Positions 1 to 9,872 of a stretch of 51,031 bases of DNA are shown piece by piece. Within the stretch, counting starts at the first letter, position 1, and each line of letters starts with the position of its first letter. The notes under the pieces were generated by a model. The model was not told the origin of the DNA. It searched no databases and saw nothing but the letters and a program-made list of their open reading frames with translations. This DNA comes from Escherichia phage BEK7: sequence record MN158209.1; one strand, written 5' to 3'. Position numbers and translations under genes: made by a program.

Positions 1-522
1 ATGGCTAAAAACGTTGAGCCAGCAGTAAAGGCTTGCAATTTTAAAAAACTATATAATAAGCAATATGGCGATATTGCAAAAATGACAAAGGCGCACAAGT
101 ACACGCCGGAGCAGGTATTTGATCTGGCTGTCCGTTACTTTACGTGGGCCGAGGAAAACCATATACAGGCGGCGGAAACGGCATCCTTTCAGGGTGATGT
201 ATACGAAAGCAAGATTCACAAGCCGCGCGTGTTCACCTTAAATGGATTCCGCTTATTCGCTGGGCTTTCTGCTTCCGTTCTTGAAAAATGGCGACGCGAG
301 CCAGGATTCAGCGATGTTATGGACTTTATCGACGGTGTTGTTTACGAGCAAAAATTCCAGCTTGCAGCAAACAATATTGTTAACGCCGGATTCATTGGTA
401 AAGAGATAGGCATTGAAAAGCCAGCTACCGTTACCATTGAGAATAACACGAGCGCAAGCGTTGACGCTGTAACGGCAGAGGAGGTCAAAGAGGCGGTAAT
501 TGACATTCTGGAGAAGATATAA
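1..522 (+). CDS. putative terminase small subunit
   Basis: 173-aa ORF directly upstream of and overlapping (TAATG) the large terminase ORF; assignment by position only. Confidence 0.5.
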   Translation: MAKNVEPAVKACNFKKLYNKQYGDIAKMTKAHKYTPEQVFDLAVRYFTWAEENHIQAAETASFQGDVYESKIHKPRVFTLNGFRLFAGLSASVLEKWRREPGFSDVMDFIDGVVYEQKFQLAANNIVNAGFIGKEIGIEKPATVTIENNTSASVDAVTAEEVKEAVIDILEKI

Positions 523-2090
523 TGCTGATTTGGGAAGACTTAACAGCGGCGCAGAAACGCGCCATTAAAGAAATGAGCGCTCACTCATTCGAAAAAATGA
601 TCCGCATTTGGTTTAACTTGCTACAGGGGCAAAAGTTTTTAGGTAATTGGCATTTATCATATATATGCCGATACCTTGAAGATGTGATTAGTGGCAAGGA
701 GCAGAACGTGATTTTCAACGTTGCTCCTGGTTCGTCAAAAACGGAAATATTCTCGATCCACATGCCAGTTTACGCAATGCTGAAAAGCAAGAAGGTGCGA
801 AATCTAAACCTTTCGTTTAGTGATGGCCTTGTGCAGCAAAACAGCATTAGAGTAAGGGAGATTATCGGTTCTCCAGAATGGCAAGAGCTATGGCCTTGCA
901 AGATGGCAAAAGCAAGCGCGAAAGATATAGCTGTACTTAATGGAGATGGAAAGGTCTGGTTGCAACTAAATTCGCGATCTATTGGTGGTCAGGTAACTGG
1001 TTTGCGTGGCGGTTACATGGATGATGGTTTTACTGGTATGCTGGTTCTTGACGACCCAGATAAGCCTGATGATCAACTATCAAAAACAAAGCGCGAAGCC
1101 GGACACATGCGCCTAAAGAACACGGTTCGATCGCGTAGAATGAAGGACACCACGCCAATTGTGATGGTTCAGCAACGCCTACACGTCAATGATTCAACAT
1201 GGTTCATGACAAACGGCGGCATGGGCGGCATCAAGTTTAAGGTGGTTAGTATTCCGGCGCTCGTTACTAAGGAATATCGCGAAACGCTTCCTGATTGGTT
1301 AAAGCCTGAGTTTGATCGCGATGTTTTGTCCAGTAAGCCAGTGATGATTGATGGTGTTGCTCATTATTCGTTCTGGCCTGCTAAGGAAAGCGCGGATGAA
1401 TTACTTGCGCTTCGAAATGCTGATCCGTACACGTTCGCTAGTCAGTATCAGCAACAGCCTGTTGCGCTTGGCGGTAACGTGTTTAAAACAGAGTGGTTTC
1501 AGTATTACGGCAGCAGCGAGAAATGCACGCTACCAAAACCGGATCGCTTTGAATATACATTTATCACGGTTGATACCGCACAGAAAACAGGGGAGCTTAA
1601 CGACTACTCCGTGATCTGTTATTGGGGGATGTATAAAGATCGCGTTTACTTCATTGATGGCGTTCGCGGAAAATGGGAAGCACCGGACCTTGAGACGAAT
1701 TTTGTTGCATTCGTGAATCAGTGTTGGAAGCGCAATAAAGAATGCGGAACATTGCGAAGGATTCATGTTGAAGATAAATCGTCTGGCACTGGTTTGATTC
1801 AGAGTGCAGCGAAAAAAATCATGATCAAGATCAATCCCGTTCAGCGTGATAAAGACAAGGTTACTCGTGCAATGGACGCAGCGCCAGTAATGCGCGCAGG
1901 ACGCGTAGCACTTCCAGAATCGCATCCTATGCTGGCTGAGATACTTGCGGAGGTTGCGGCTTTTGCTTATGATGATTCAGCGCCACACGATGATATTGTT
2001 GACACATTGATTGATGCGGTTAACATTGAAATGAACATGGCAGATGATCCGGTTGGAAGAATGTACCGCCTCGCTGGAATCAAGAAATAG
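522..2090 (+). CDS. terminase large subunit
   Basis: 522-aa ORF with P-loop-like GSSKTE near N-terminus and acidic C-terminal half; sits between small terminase and portal; followed by hairpin terminator. Confidence 0.75.
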   Translation: MLIWEDLTAAQKRAIKEMSAHSFEKMIRIWFNLLQGQKFLGNWHLSYICRYLEDVISGKEQNVIFNVAPGSSKTEIFSIHMPVYAMLKSKKVRNLNLSFSDGLVQQNSIRVREIIGSPEWQELWPCKMAKASAKDIAVLNGDGKVWLQLNSRSIGGQVTGLRGGYMDDGFTGMLVLDDPDKPDDQLSKTKREAGHMRLKNTVRSRRMKDTTPIVMVQQRLHVNDSTWFMTNGGMGGIKFKVVSIPALVTKEYRETLPDWLKPEFDRDVLSSKPVMIDGVAHYSFWPAKESADELLALRNADPYTFASQYQQQPVALGGNVFKTEWFQYYGSSEKCTLPKPDRFEYTFITVDTAQKTGELNDYSVICYWGMYKDRVYFIDGVRGKWEAPDLETNFVAFVNQCWKRNKECGTLRRIHVEDKSSGTGLIQSAAKKIMIKINPVQRDKDKVTRAMDAAPVMRAGRVALPESHPMLAEILAEVAAFAYDDSAPHDDIVDTLIDAVNIEMNMADDPVGRMYRLAGIKK

Positions 2091-2117
2091 CACGAATCGA
2101 CAAACCAATATATAATC

Positions 2118-2145
2118 AAAGGCTGGTAAATCCAGCCTTTTTTAT
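2118..2145 (+). terminator. rho-independent terminator
   Basis: GGCTGG-TAAA-CCAGCC then TTTTTT. Confidence 0.6.
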
Positions 2146-2158
2146 TGGAGGAAAGATA

Positions 2159-3439
2159 ATGAGTAAATCACGAATCGTTAAGACTGACGGCTATAACGAG
2201 ATCTTTAAAGGCGAGAATTGCAAATCGCGAGTAGAGCAACCATTCTACATGCAATCAATGCCATACAAGACACTTGCTGACTTTTACGAAAAAGACGGAC
2301 TAGCAAAAAGGATTATTGACGTAGTGCCAGAGGAAATGGTTTCCCCTGGCTTCACTGTTGACGGAGTGGCAGACGAGGCGGCATTCCGTTCTTTGTGGGA
2401 TGAAAAGCGATTGAATGCAAAAATTATTGATGCGCTTTGCTGGTCGCGTTTGTTTGGCGGATCTGCAATCATTGCTCTTGTTCAGGATGGGCGGGCGCTC
2501 AAATCACCTGTAAAGCCTGGGGCCATGCTGGAAGATGTTCGCGTTTACGATCGTTATCAGATTCGCGTTGAGGCGCGCGAAACTAATCCCCGCAAGGTTC
2601 GCTATGGTGAGCCAGTGCTTTACACTGTAACGCCAGGCGGAGACTTGCCGGAATACCAGGTACACTACACGCGAGTTTGCATTATCGACGGTGAGCGGAT
2701 ACCTAACGCAAAGCGACGCAGCAATGATGGCTGGGGTGAGTCAGTTCTGAATAAGCGACTTGTTGAGGCTATTGTTGATTATAACTATTGTGAAACATTG
2801 GCAACGCAATTATTGCGGAGGAAACAGCAGGCTGTATGGAAGGCTAAAGGACTTGCTGACTTGTGCGATGATGAGGAAGGTGTTAGCGCGGCACGCCTGA
2901 GACTTGCGCAGGTTGACGACGATGGCGGTGTTGGAAAAGCAATTGGTATTGATGCTGAGGATGAGGAATATGATGTTCTTAATTCTGACATCAGCGGCGT
3001 TGATTCTTTCTTGGAAAAGAAAATGGATCGCATCGTTTCCCTTTCAGGTATTCATGAAATCATCCTGAAAAACAAAAACGTTGGCGGCGTTAGCGCAAGC
3101 CAAAACACGGCGCTTGAAACATTCTATAAGCTGATTGAACGAAAACGCGTCGAGGATTACAAGCCTATCCTTGAATTTCTATTGCCGTTCATCATTAGTG
3201 AGCAGGAGTGGAGCATTGAGTTTTCACCTTTGAGCGTACCTAGCGATAAAGATCAGGCTGAAATTCTGAATAAGAATATCGACTCAATCAGCAAGGCTAT
3301 TGATGGTCAGTTCCTTGATGTTGAAGAAGCGCGCGACACGTTGCGAGCAATCGCCCCAAGCGTTAAACTAAAGGACACTAATAAAATCAAGCTGCCGGAG
3401 CCATCGGAGCCGGAGCCAGGCACACAGGGGAATGAGTAA
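2159..3439 (+). CDS. portal protein
   Basis: 426-aa ORF after terminase with strong RBS (GGAGGAAAGATAATG) and acidic C-terminus; canonical position. Confidence 0.7.
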   Translation: MSKSRIVKTDGYNEIFKGENCKSRVEQPFYMQSMPYKTLADFYEKDGLAKRIIDVVPEEMVSPGFTVDGVADEAAFRSLWDEKRLNAKIIDALCWSRLFGGSAIIALVQDGRALKSPVKPGAMLEDVRVYDRYQIRVEARETNPRKVRYGEPVLYTVTPGGDLPEYQVHYTRVCIIDGERIPNAKRRSNDGWGESVLNKRLVEAIVDYNYCETLATQLLRRKQQAVWKAKGLADLCDDEEGVSAARLRLAQVDDDGGVGKAIGIDAEDEEYDVLNSDISGVDSFLEKKMDRIVSLSGIHEIILKNKNVGGVSASQNTALETFYKLIERKRVEDYKPILEFLLPFIISEQEWSIEFSPLSVPSDKDQAEILNKNIDSISKAIDGQFLDVEEARDTLRAIAPSVKLKDTNKIKLPEPSEPEPGTQGNE

Positions 3440-4203
3440 TGAAAGTGAATGGCGTCGTTAAACAATGGCGCTTTCCTGAAGCAAGCGAGCGGCAATTTAG
3501 CCGCTCAATTCAGGAGGCAATTAGGGATCTGGTAGTTCTCATGCGCAAGCGTACAAAAGCGATGAAGTTTGACGCAGCAGATAATGAGATTAACAGCGCA
3601 GAAGATGAAATTAACAGCCTGGCAACTGACCTTATAGCTGGCATTATTTCAACTCTTCCTGCAATCGCGTTGACCATCTATAAATTCAATGCGAAGCAGT
3701 TCATAAATGTTGCAAAGTCAACTGGCGGAAATGATAACACGGCGGTAATTGTTTTGATCGCGGTTGGCGCTAACGCTAACGAGGAGTGGTATCAGACGCT
3801 TTACGGGCAATGGCACGGACTTACAGAATCATCGCTAAAGAAGTTGTTCACAAATATTGTGTCTGACTGGTCAACAAACATTCGCAATGCAAACTTTCGC
3901 GGAAGCAATGATAAACAGGTTAATGATCTTGCAGAAAAGAGATTTGCTGTTTATAGCTCCTGGGGTAAAACGAGATCAGAAAACATTATCGGCGCGTGGA
4001 ATAGTCGCCTGATGCGCCAGCGCCTTTATGATGCTAAGGTAACTCATTATTTCTGGCATGGAATGTTGGATGATAGAGAGCGCTTGCAGCATGTGTTATG
4101 GGAAGGTAAAAGAATAGCTCTTGATGCAATTCATGATTTCCCTGGTGAGCCGTGGGGTTGCCGTTGCTGGGCGATTCCAGATTGGAATAGTAAAGGAGAG
4201 TAA
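3439..4203 (+). CDS. head morphogenesis / minor capsid protein
   Basis: 254-aa ORF whose start overlaps the portal stop; position typical of SPP1 gp7-like head morphogenesis proteins. Confidence 0.5.
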   Translation: MKVNGVVKQWRFPEASERQFSRSIQEAIRDLVVLMRKRTKAMKFDAADNEINSAEDEINSLATDLIAGIISTLPAIALTIYKFNAKQFINVAKSTGGNDNTAVIVLIAVGANANEEWYQTLYGQWHGLTESSLKKLFTNIVSDWSTNIRNANFRGSNDKQVNDLAEKRFAVYSSWGKTRSENIIGAWNSRLMRQRLYDAKVTHYFWHGMLDDRERLQHVLWEGKRIALDAIHDFPGEPWGCRCWAIPDWNSKGE

Positions 4204-4206
4204 TTA

Positions 4207-5319
4207 ATGAAGGCAAAACAAAGATTTGATAGCGTCCAGGTTAAGGCGCATTTTGATGATAATGGTTTTTTAGTTGATCGCCCAATTGTGGCGCGAATTG
4301 GCTTGCAGGAGTATCACACACCGTATGGAATCAGACGAGAGTTCCGTCCAGCGTCCGAGGTGTTCAAGGCTGATTCCCTTGCTACTTTCGCAGGTAAGCC
4401 GATCACTATCGGTCACGTCACAGTGACGCCAGATAATGCGGATCAGGTTGTTGTTGGTTCATGCGCTGGCGCTGGTGTTCCAAATGGGATTGGCGTTGAA
4501 GTTCCGTTAAGTATTTACTCAAAGCGAGCAATTGAGAGTGCAAAAAAGAAAGACACGGCGGAAATTTCAGTTGGTTACACATCGGTTGATATTGACAAGC
4601 CAGGCTGGGGTAATAATAAAACTGGTGATTACTTGTTTGAGGAAGACCTCAAGGAAGACTGGAAGCCTGATTCTCCTGATTGGGTTAAATTTGACGCCAT
4701 TCAGACGAATATCCGTGTTAATCACATTGCACTTGTCTTTCGTGGTCGTGCTGGCATTGCCAAATTAAATCTTGATAGTGAGCAGGATTTTCCGTATAGT
4801 GACGAGGTTCTAAATGACAAAGGAGATGAGGAAATGACAGTAAAAATTAAACTTGATGGCGCGGTAGAATTTGATGTTCCAAAGGCCGTTGCTGATCATA
4901 TTGAGGCGTTAAAGGCAGATGCAAAAGCTGCAACCGAAAAAGCTGATGGCCTTGAGGCCGAGCGCGACGCCCTGAAAACTAAAGTCGATGGCATTCCGGT
5001 GCAGATTGCAGAAGCTGTTAAGAAGGCAAAGACTGATGCAGAAGAACACGCCAAGCTGGTTGCAGATGCAACTGAAATTGGCATCAAGTGTGACGGCTTG
5101 GACGATAAAGCGATCAAGGTTGCTTACGTCAAAGAAGTCACTGGCGCTGATATTTCAGAAAAAGCAGATGCATATATTGAAACAGCTTTTGACCTTGCGA
5201 AGCAGTCTGATAAAATGGCGGCGCAGCGTAAATCTGTTAAGGGCGATTCTTTCGAATCTGGCAAGAGTGAAAAAACCGACTCCCTTGATCCGACTGCGCG
5301 TTTGAAAAAACTTAAATAA
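4207..5319 (+). CDS. scaffolding protein (possible prohead protease-scaffold fusion)
   Basis: 370 aa; C-terminal half is Ala/Lys/Glu-rich predicted coiled coil; lies between portal/morphogenesis genes and capsid genes. Confidence 0.5.
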   Translation: MKAKQRFDSVQVKAHFDDNGFLVDRPIVARIGLQEYHTPYGIRREFRPASEVFKADSLATFAGKPITIGHVTVTPDNADQVVVGSCAGAGVPNGIGVEVPLSIYSKRAIESAKKKDTAEISVGYTSVDIDKPGWGNNKTGDYLFEEDLKEDWKPDSPDWVKFDAIQTNIRVNHIALVFRGRAGIAKLNLDSEQDFPYSDEVLNDKGDEEMTVKIKLDGAVEFDVPKAVADHIEALKADAKAATEKADGLEAERDALKTKVDGIPVQIAEAVKKAKTDAEEHAKLVADATEIGIKCDGLDDKAIKVAYVKEVTGADISEKADAYIETAFDLAKQSDKMAAQRKSVKGDSFESGKSEKTDSLDPTARLKKLK

Positions 5320-5331
5320 GGAGAAATAAAC

Positions 5332-5844
5332 ATGGCTACAATTGGAGCAAGTTATTTTGATGTAATGTCTCGCGCGTTACCTGGTCAGGTTTCTGACACT
5401 TCAGCTTATAATATTGATGGCGCTTGTGTTCTTGAGAATGCAGCAGGAAACCAGAACAAAAACATTTTTGTTGGTGTGGCAGTCCAGCATGGCGGCGTTG
5501 ACGCTATGGGCAATAAGCTAATTAAGCCGATGGCGGCAAGCGGCAAGGCTTACGGCGTTGCAATTCGTTCTCACTTTCAGACAACTGCGTCTGACGGTCG
5601 AATGATTTATGAATCTGGCGGCGGAATCAACGTAATGACTGAAGGGCGTGTTTGGATGTTGGCTAAAGACGCCACCGCGCCAGCGTTCGGCACTACAATC
5701 AAACTGTCTGAGGATGGTCAGGTTGATACCGGGTCTGGCACTATCGAAACAAAATGGATCGCGACTGGTGATTTCACCAAGTTTCAAGACTTGAAGCTGG
5801 TAGAGGTTCAGGTGCAAAAAGTTCCGGCATCTTCAGCAGGTTAA
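5332..5844 (+). CDS. capsid-associated protein, paralog A (possible decoration protein)
   Basis: 170 aa; shares GVA(I/V)R...G.VW.L...AP.(F/Y)G...DG...WI.TG pattern with the next ORF; followed by hairpin terminator. Confidence 0.4.
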   Translation: MATIGASYFDVMSRALPGQVSDTSAYNIDGACVLENAAGNQNKNIFVGVAVQHGGVDAMGNKLIKPMAASGKAYGVAIRSHFQTTASDGRMIYESGGGINVMTEGRVWMLAKDATAPAFGTTIKLSEDGQVDTGSGTIETKWIATGDFTKFQDLKLVEVQVQKVPASSAG

Positions 5845-5849
5845 TAAAT

Positions 5850-5876
5850 ATGGCGCTCACTGAGCGCCTTTTTTAT
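5850..5876 (+). terminator. rho-independent terminator
   Basis: GGCGCTCA-CTGAGCGCC then TTTTTT. Confidence 0.6.
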
Positions 5877-5890
5877 ATTTGGAGTTTCTC

Positions 5891-6325
5891 ATGAGTGATT
5901 ATTCAGTCATTGTTGGCGCTGAGTCGCAAGGGTGCATGGTCGATTCTTCAATAATGGTGATTAACGGTTCTTTCGTGTGCGGAGATGAATTTATTGCGCC
6001 AGGTAAGATTGTTCGACTATCACATATAACAAATGGATACAAAATAGCCAGTATTAATGGGGATCTCGTTATTGGCGTGGCAGTAAGGCCGCTGGACTCG
6101 TGCATATATGAGGAGGGTGATCCCGTTAATGTGGTTAGTAGAGGTAGTGTGTGGTGCTTAACTTCTGAGAGAGAAGCGCCAGAATATGGAGATAAAGTAT
6201 TTGTAACGCAAGATGGAGATGCGGCATACAGTGAAGGCGACTTGCTGATTGGTTGGATCTTTACTGGTGAACATGTAAAGGTTGATCATGATTCATATAT
6301 TGTCGGGGTAAGCATTAACGCATAA
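5891..6325 (+). CDS. capsid-associated protein, paralog B
   Basis: Start moved to ATG after GGAG; similar to 5332-5844 product by eye. Confidence 0.4.
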   Translation: MSDYSVIVGAESQGCMVDSSIMVINGSFVCGDEFIAPGKIVRLSHITNGYKIASINGDLVIGVAVRPLDSCIYEEGDPVNVVSRGSVWCLTSEREAPEYGDKVFVTQDGDAAYSEGDLLIGWIFTGEHVKVDHDSYIVGVSINA

Positions 6326-6343
6326 CACAAAATTATGTTGCAC

Positions 6344-6362
6344 GTTTAACAAAAAATGCTAT
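6344..6362 (-). promoter_or_regulatory. conserved element, atypical reversed copy inside structural operon
   Basis: Reverse complement GTTTAACAAAAAATGCTAT on + strand between capsid paralog B and major capsid gene; oriented against local transcription; lacks the usual 22-nt spacing to a -10. Confidence 0.3.
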
Positions 6363-6408
6363 CATTGTGGCGTTACATACTAACGACCTTTATATATGGA
6401 GGAAGAAA

Positions 6409-7383
6409 ATGGAAAAAGAAAAATTTGATCAGCTAGATGCGGATATTGTTTCTAGCTATCTGGCTACTCGCGGCGTTAAAGGTGATGCGTCCGATATGGG
6501 TATTTGGGCCGCTAAAGAACTGCATAAGATTCGCTCTGATGCTTACGAGAAAGAATATCCGGCAGGTTCTGCGCTTCGTGTATTCCCTGTAACTAATGAG
6601 CTTTCTGATACTGATAAGACTTTTGAATATCAGATGTTCGACAAGGTTGGTTACGCAAAAATTATCGCTGATTACACCGACGACCTGCCGACCGTTGACG
6701 CGCTGATGTCCAGCGAATTCGGTAAAGTTTTCCGCTTGGGTAACGCGTTCTTGATCTCAATTGACGAAATCAAGGCTGGTCAGCGTACTGGTAAGAGCCT
6801 TTCCACTCGCAAGGCAAACGCAGCGCAAAACGCCCATGATCAGGAAGTTAACCGCCTGGTGTTTAAGGGTTCAAAGCCGCATAAGATTCTTTCGGTGTTT
6901 GAACACCCTAACCTGACAAAGATTACATCTTCTGGCTGGTTAAGTCATGATGAAAACACTAAGTTCCCTCAAGCGGCATCTGATGAGCTGGAAAAGGCTA
7001 TTGAAACCATTCAGACCATTACCAATGGTCAGCACCGCGCAACCAATATCCTGATTCCGCCGTCTATGCGCAAGGTTCTTTCCGTTCGAATGGAAAACAC
7101 CACTGAAAGTTATCTGGAATACTTCCAGAAACAAAACAGCGGGATCACCATCGATTCAATCGCAGAACTCGAGGATATTGATGGCACTGGAACGAAAGGT
7201 TGCCTGGTATATGAGAAAGACCCGATGAACATGTCGATCGAAATTCCAGAAGCATTTAACATGCTTCCGGCGCAACCAAAAGATCTGCATTTCAAAGTTC
7301 CGTGTACTTCAAAATGTACTGGCCTGACGATTTACCGTCCGTTTACGCTAGTGCTTATTACTGGCTTGAAAAAATCAAGTTAA
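6409..7383 (+). CDS. major capsid protein
   Basis: About 325 aa from ATG after RBS GGAGGAAGAAA; position after scaffold; strong terminator hairpin downstream. Confidence 0.65.
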   Translation: MEKEKFDQLDADIVSSYLATRGVKGDASDMGIWAAKELHKIRSDAYEKEYPAGSALRVFPVTNELSDTDKTFEYQMFDKVGYAKIIADYTDDLPTVDALMSSEFGKVFRLGNAFLISIDEIKAGQRTGKSLSTRKANAAQNAHDQEVNRLVFKGSKPHKILSVFEHPNLTKITSSGWLSHDENTKFPQAASDELEKAIETIQTITNGQHRATNILIPPSMRKVLSVRMENTTESYLEYFQKQNSGITIDSIAELEDIDGTGTKGCLVYEKDPMNMSIEIPEAFNMLPAQPKDLHFKVPCTSKCTGLTIYRPFTLVLITGLKKSS

Positions 7384-7394
7384 TCGTATAGCAT

Positions 7395-7426
7395 TGGGGA
7401 ATCCTTAACTGGATTCCCTTTTTTAT
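7395..7426 (+). terminator. rho-independent terminator after major capsid gene
   Basis: GGGGAATCC-TTAACT-GGATTCCC then TTTTTT. Confidence 0.65.
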
Positions 7427-7439
7427 TGGAGGTTATGAA

Positions 7440-7712
7440 ATGGCTAAAGAAAAAACTGTAACGCTAAAGGTTTCCGGCGTGTGCCTTATCATTGTTGATG
7501 GTGAGCATTATCATCCAGGCAAAGAGTTTGACGTAGAAGAATCAAAATTGAAAACAAGCGCGTTTGAATATCTAATTGCAAAAGGCGATCTGGAGGTTAA
7601 AGACAACTCCGCATTGAACGAAGAAATCAAACAGAGCGCAGCAAGCAAACGTAAAAAAGACCCGCGAGAGGGCAAGAGCAAAGCCGAACTTGAAGACGGC
7701 GGCATCTATTAA
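7440..7712 (+). CDS. hypothetical protein
   Basis: 90-aa ORF between two terminator hairpins, RBS GGAGG upstream. Confidence 0.4.
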   Translation: MAKEKTVTLKVSGVCLIIVDGEHYHPGKEFDVEESKLKTSAFEYLIAKGDLEVKDNSALNEEIKQSAASKRKKDPREGKSKAELEDGGIY

Positions 7713-7713
7713 T

Positions 7714-7742
7714 AAAGAGGGCGCTTATAGCGCCCTCTTTCA
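7714..7742 (+). terminator. hairpin terminator
   Basis: AGAGGGCGC-TTAT-AGCGCCCTCT then TTT. Confidence 0.5.
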
Positions 7743-7759
7743 TATCTGGAGGAAACACA

Positions 7760-8176
7760 ATGGTTGATGAATTTTTCACTGACGCAGAAATCACGCAGCA
7801 AATCGTGAAATTAGCGCCACCGATGAAGCAGATTGATCCAGATTTAATGGTGGCATGGATTGAGCTTGCAAAGGAATTTGTTTGCAAGAAGCGGTTTAAA
7901 GAGTTATATCCTAAAGCGGTTGCTCTTTATACGTTGCACCTTATGACGCTTGATGGAGCCATGAAGCAAGAAGGGGAAAGCGTAGAAAGTTACTCGCGGC
8001 GAGTTGCGTCATTTTCCCTGACTGGTGAATTTAGCCAGACCTTTGATCGAGTGTCAGGCGACTCTGGCGGAAAAGATATTAGACAAACTCCCTGGGGGAA
8101 AATGTACGAAACGCTAAATCGTAAGAAAGGCGGTGGATTTGGTCTTGTGACTGGATTTAGGAGGCGTTGCAAATGA
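7760..8176 (+). CDS. head-tail connector protein (putative)
   Basis: 138-aa ORF with RBS GGAGGAAACACAATG; positional assignment. Confidence 0.4.
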   Translation: MVDEFFTDAEITQQIVKLAPPMKQIDPDLMVAWIELAKEFVCKKRFKELYPKAVALYTLHLMTLDGAMKQEGESVESYSRRVASFSLTGEFSQTFDRVSGDSGGKDIRQTPWGKMYETLNRKKGGGFGLVTGFRRRCK

Positions 8177-8544
8177 ACTATAACGAGATCGCAAGAATGG
8201 CAACTGAAGGAATTAACTTCTTTAGTGATGGCAACGGTGAGTTTAAGTGCATAACGCAGCGTGGAAGCGTTGAAATCATCGGAGGAGAAGAAGTAGAAAA
8301 GCCAGAGATCAGTGTAATGATTAAGGGTTTAATTCGCTCCCCAAAAGTACGCGAGGTTGACGGAGAAACAATACGAGTAACCGATAAGTTGGGAGTTTTT
8401 AACAATAAAGTTGAAATTAAGAACGGGTATCATATTGATGTTGATGGTGAATTATATGCTGTAGTTGAAGCAAGACCAATCAGACAAACCAATGTCACTG
8501 TTGCTTATCGGCCTATTTTGAGAAGGATTTCTGTACATGGCTAA
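8173..8544 (+). CDS. head-tail joining protein (putative)
   Basis: ATG after AGGAGG; positional assignment. Confidence 0.4.
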   Translation: MNYNEIARMATEGINFFSDGNGEFKCITQRGSVEIIGGEEVEKPEISVMIKGLIRSPKVREVDGETIRVTDKLGVFNNKVEIKNGYHIDVDGELYAVVEARPIRQTNVTVAYRPILRRISVHG

Positions 8545-8980
8545 AAACTACACGATAAGGGAATTTCACGGCAACATTGATGCGTGGATAAACGCCGTTG
8601 ATAGTGGATTAAAAGATTGCGTGGAGTTGTTCGCCGAAAAAGTACACACAGATTTGGTTAAGCGTTCTCCGGTTGATACTGGTCGTTATCGTGCAAACTG
8701 GCAGGTAACAGCAAACAAGCCGCCATTGTATGCGCTTAATCAGTACGATAAGCACGGAGACAAAACGATCGCGGAAGGAAAACGTGCCATATACGCAATA
8801 TTACGAGGTGGCGGCGCAGTAAGAGCTATTTATTTTTCCAACATGCTTATTTATGCTAACGCGCTTGAGTACGGTCATTCAAAACAAGCGCCAGCGGGTG
8901 TGCTTGGTATTGTTGCCGTGAAATTGCGTTCATATATGGCTGAAGCAATAAAAGAGTCGAGGGCTAAAAATGCACTATGA
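8537..8980 (+). CDS. neck / tail completion protein (putative)
   Basis: 147-aa ORF overlapping neighbours; positional. Confidence 0.4.
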   Translation: MAKNYTIREFHGNIDAWINAVDSGLKDCVELFAEKVHTDLVKRSPVDTGRYRANWQVTANKPPLYALNQYDKHGDKTIAEGKRAIYAILRGGGAVRAIYFSNMLIYANALEYGHSKQAPAGVLGIVAVKLRSYMAEAIKESRAKNAL

Positions 8981-9479
8981 TGATATATTCACATACAAAG
9001 ATGGACTTATTTACTGGAAGATTCAGATTAAAGATCAGTCAAAATGTAAGTATCCTTGTTCTGTTGGCGACGTAGCTGGAAATGTAAATAATCGCGGATA
9101 CGTTGTTGTTAATATGTTTGGCGGTCAGTTTAGGGTTCATCGCATAGTTTGGGAGATGCACAACGGGCCAATTCCTGACGGCATGGAGATTGACCATATT
9201 AATCACAACACAACTGACAACAGAATTGAGAATCTAAGGATTGTTGATAGATCTGGAAACATGAGAAACAAAACAATCGACAAAAGAAACTCAAGCGGAG
9301 TTACCGGTGTTTACTATCATCGAAAAAACAAGAAATGGTACGCTCAAATAATGCACAACAAAAAGAGGTTGCACTTAGGTTTCTTTGTTAGCTTTGATGA
9401 AGCTGCTAAAGCAAGAAAAGATGCAGAATTAAATTTTGGATACCACAAAAATCACGGAGTTCAACATGAGTCACTATGA
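8970..9479 (+). CDS. HNH homing endonuclease (HNH_3 + AP2-like domain)
   Basis: Motif HRIVWEMHNGPIPDGMEIDHINHNTTDNRIENLRIV plus C-terminal AP2-like segment; inserted within the structural operon. Confidence 0.85.
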   Translation: MHYDDIFTYKDGLIYWKIQIKDQSKCKYPCSVGDVAGNVNNRGYVVVNMFGGQFRVHRIVWEMHNGPIPDGMEIDHINHNTTDNRIENLRIVDRSGNMRNKTIDKRNSSGVTGVYYHRKNKKWYAQIMHNKKRLHLGFFVSFDEAAKARKDAELNFGYHKNHGVQHESL

Positions 9480-9867
9480 ATTAATGCTATCGGCGCGTAA
9501 GGCGCTGGCGACTGAATACGAAAGCAGATTCATGATCGCTTATGAAAACGTAGAGTTTACGCCACCTGGTGACGGTTCGCCGTGGTTGAAGTTTGACTAT
9601 GCCGAAGTTGACACAGAATACTTGTCATTGGATCGCAAATGCGTTTCTTATATCGGAATGATTCAGGTTGGTATTGTGTTTCCACCAGGTTACGGAACTG
9701 ACAGGCCGCGTGTGCTCGCTAAAGAGATTGCGCAATTCTTTTACGATGGTAAAATGTTGGAGCATGGTTATATATATGAGGGTGCAAGAGTTCACAAGCC
9801 GCTCAAGAGTGAAAGCGGCTGGCTTCTCCCAATAAGGTTTTATGTTCGAATTGAAACAAAGGAGTAA
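9466..9867 (+). CDS. tail completion protein (putative)
   Basis: ATG after GGAG; positional. Confidence 0.4.
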   Translation: MSHYELMLSARKALATEYESRFMIAYENVEFTPPGDGSPWLKFDYAEVDTEYLSLDRKCVSYIGMIQVGIVFPPGYGTDRPRVLAKEIAQFFYDGKMLEHGYIYEGARVHKPLKSESGWLLPIRFYVRIETKE

Positions 9868-9872
9868 AAATT

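Noticed and set aside
581-763. Antisense ORFs in the track overlapping well-supported genes (e.g. 581-763, 1530-1925, 2284-2472, 15005-15436, 24772-25017, 29393-29650, 42652-42987)
   Set aside because: They lie inside longer, better-supported ORFs on the other strand or in low-complexity intergenic DNA, and lack RBS; treated as chance ORFs.
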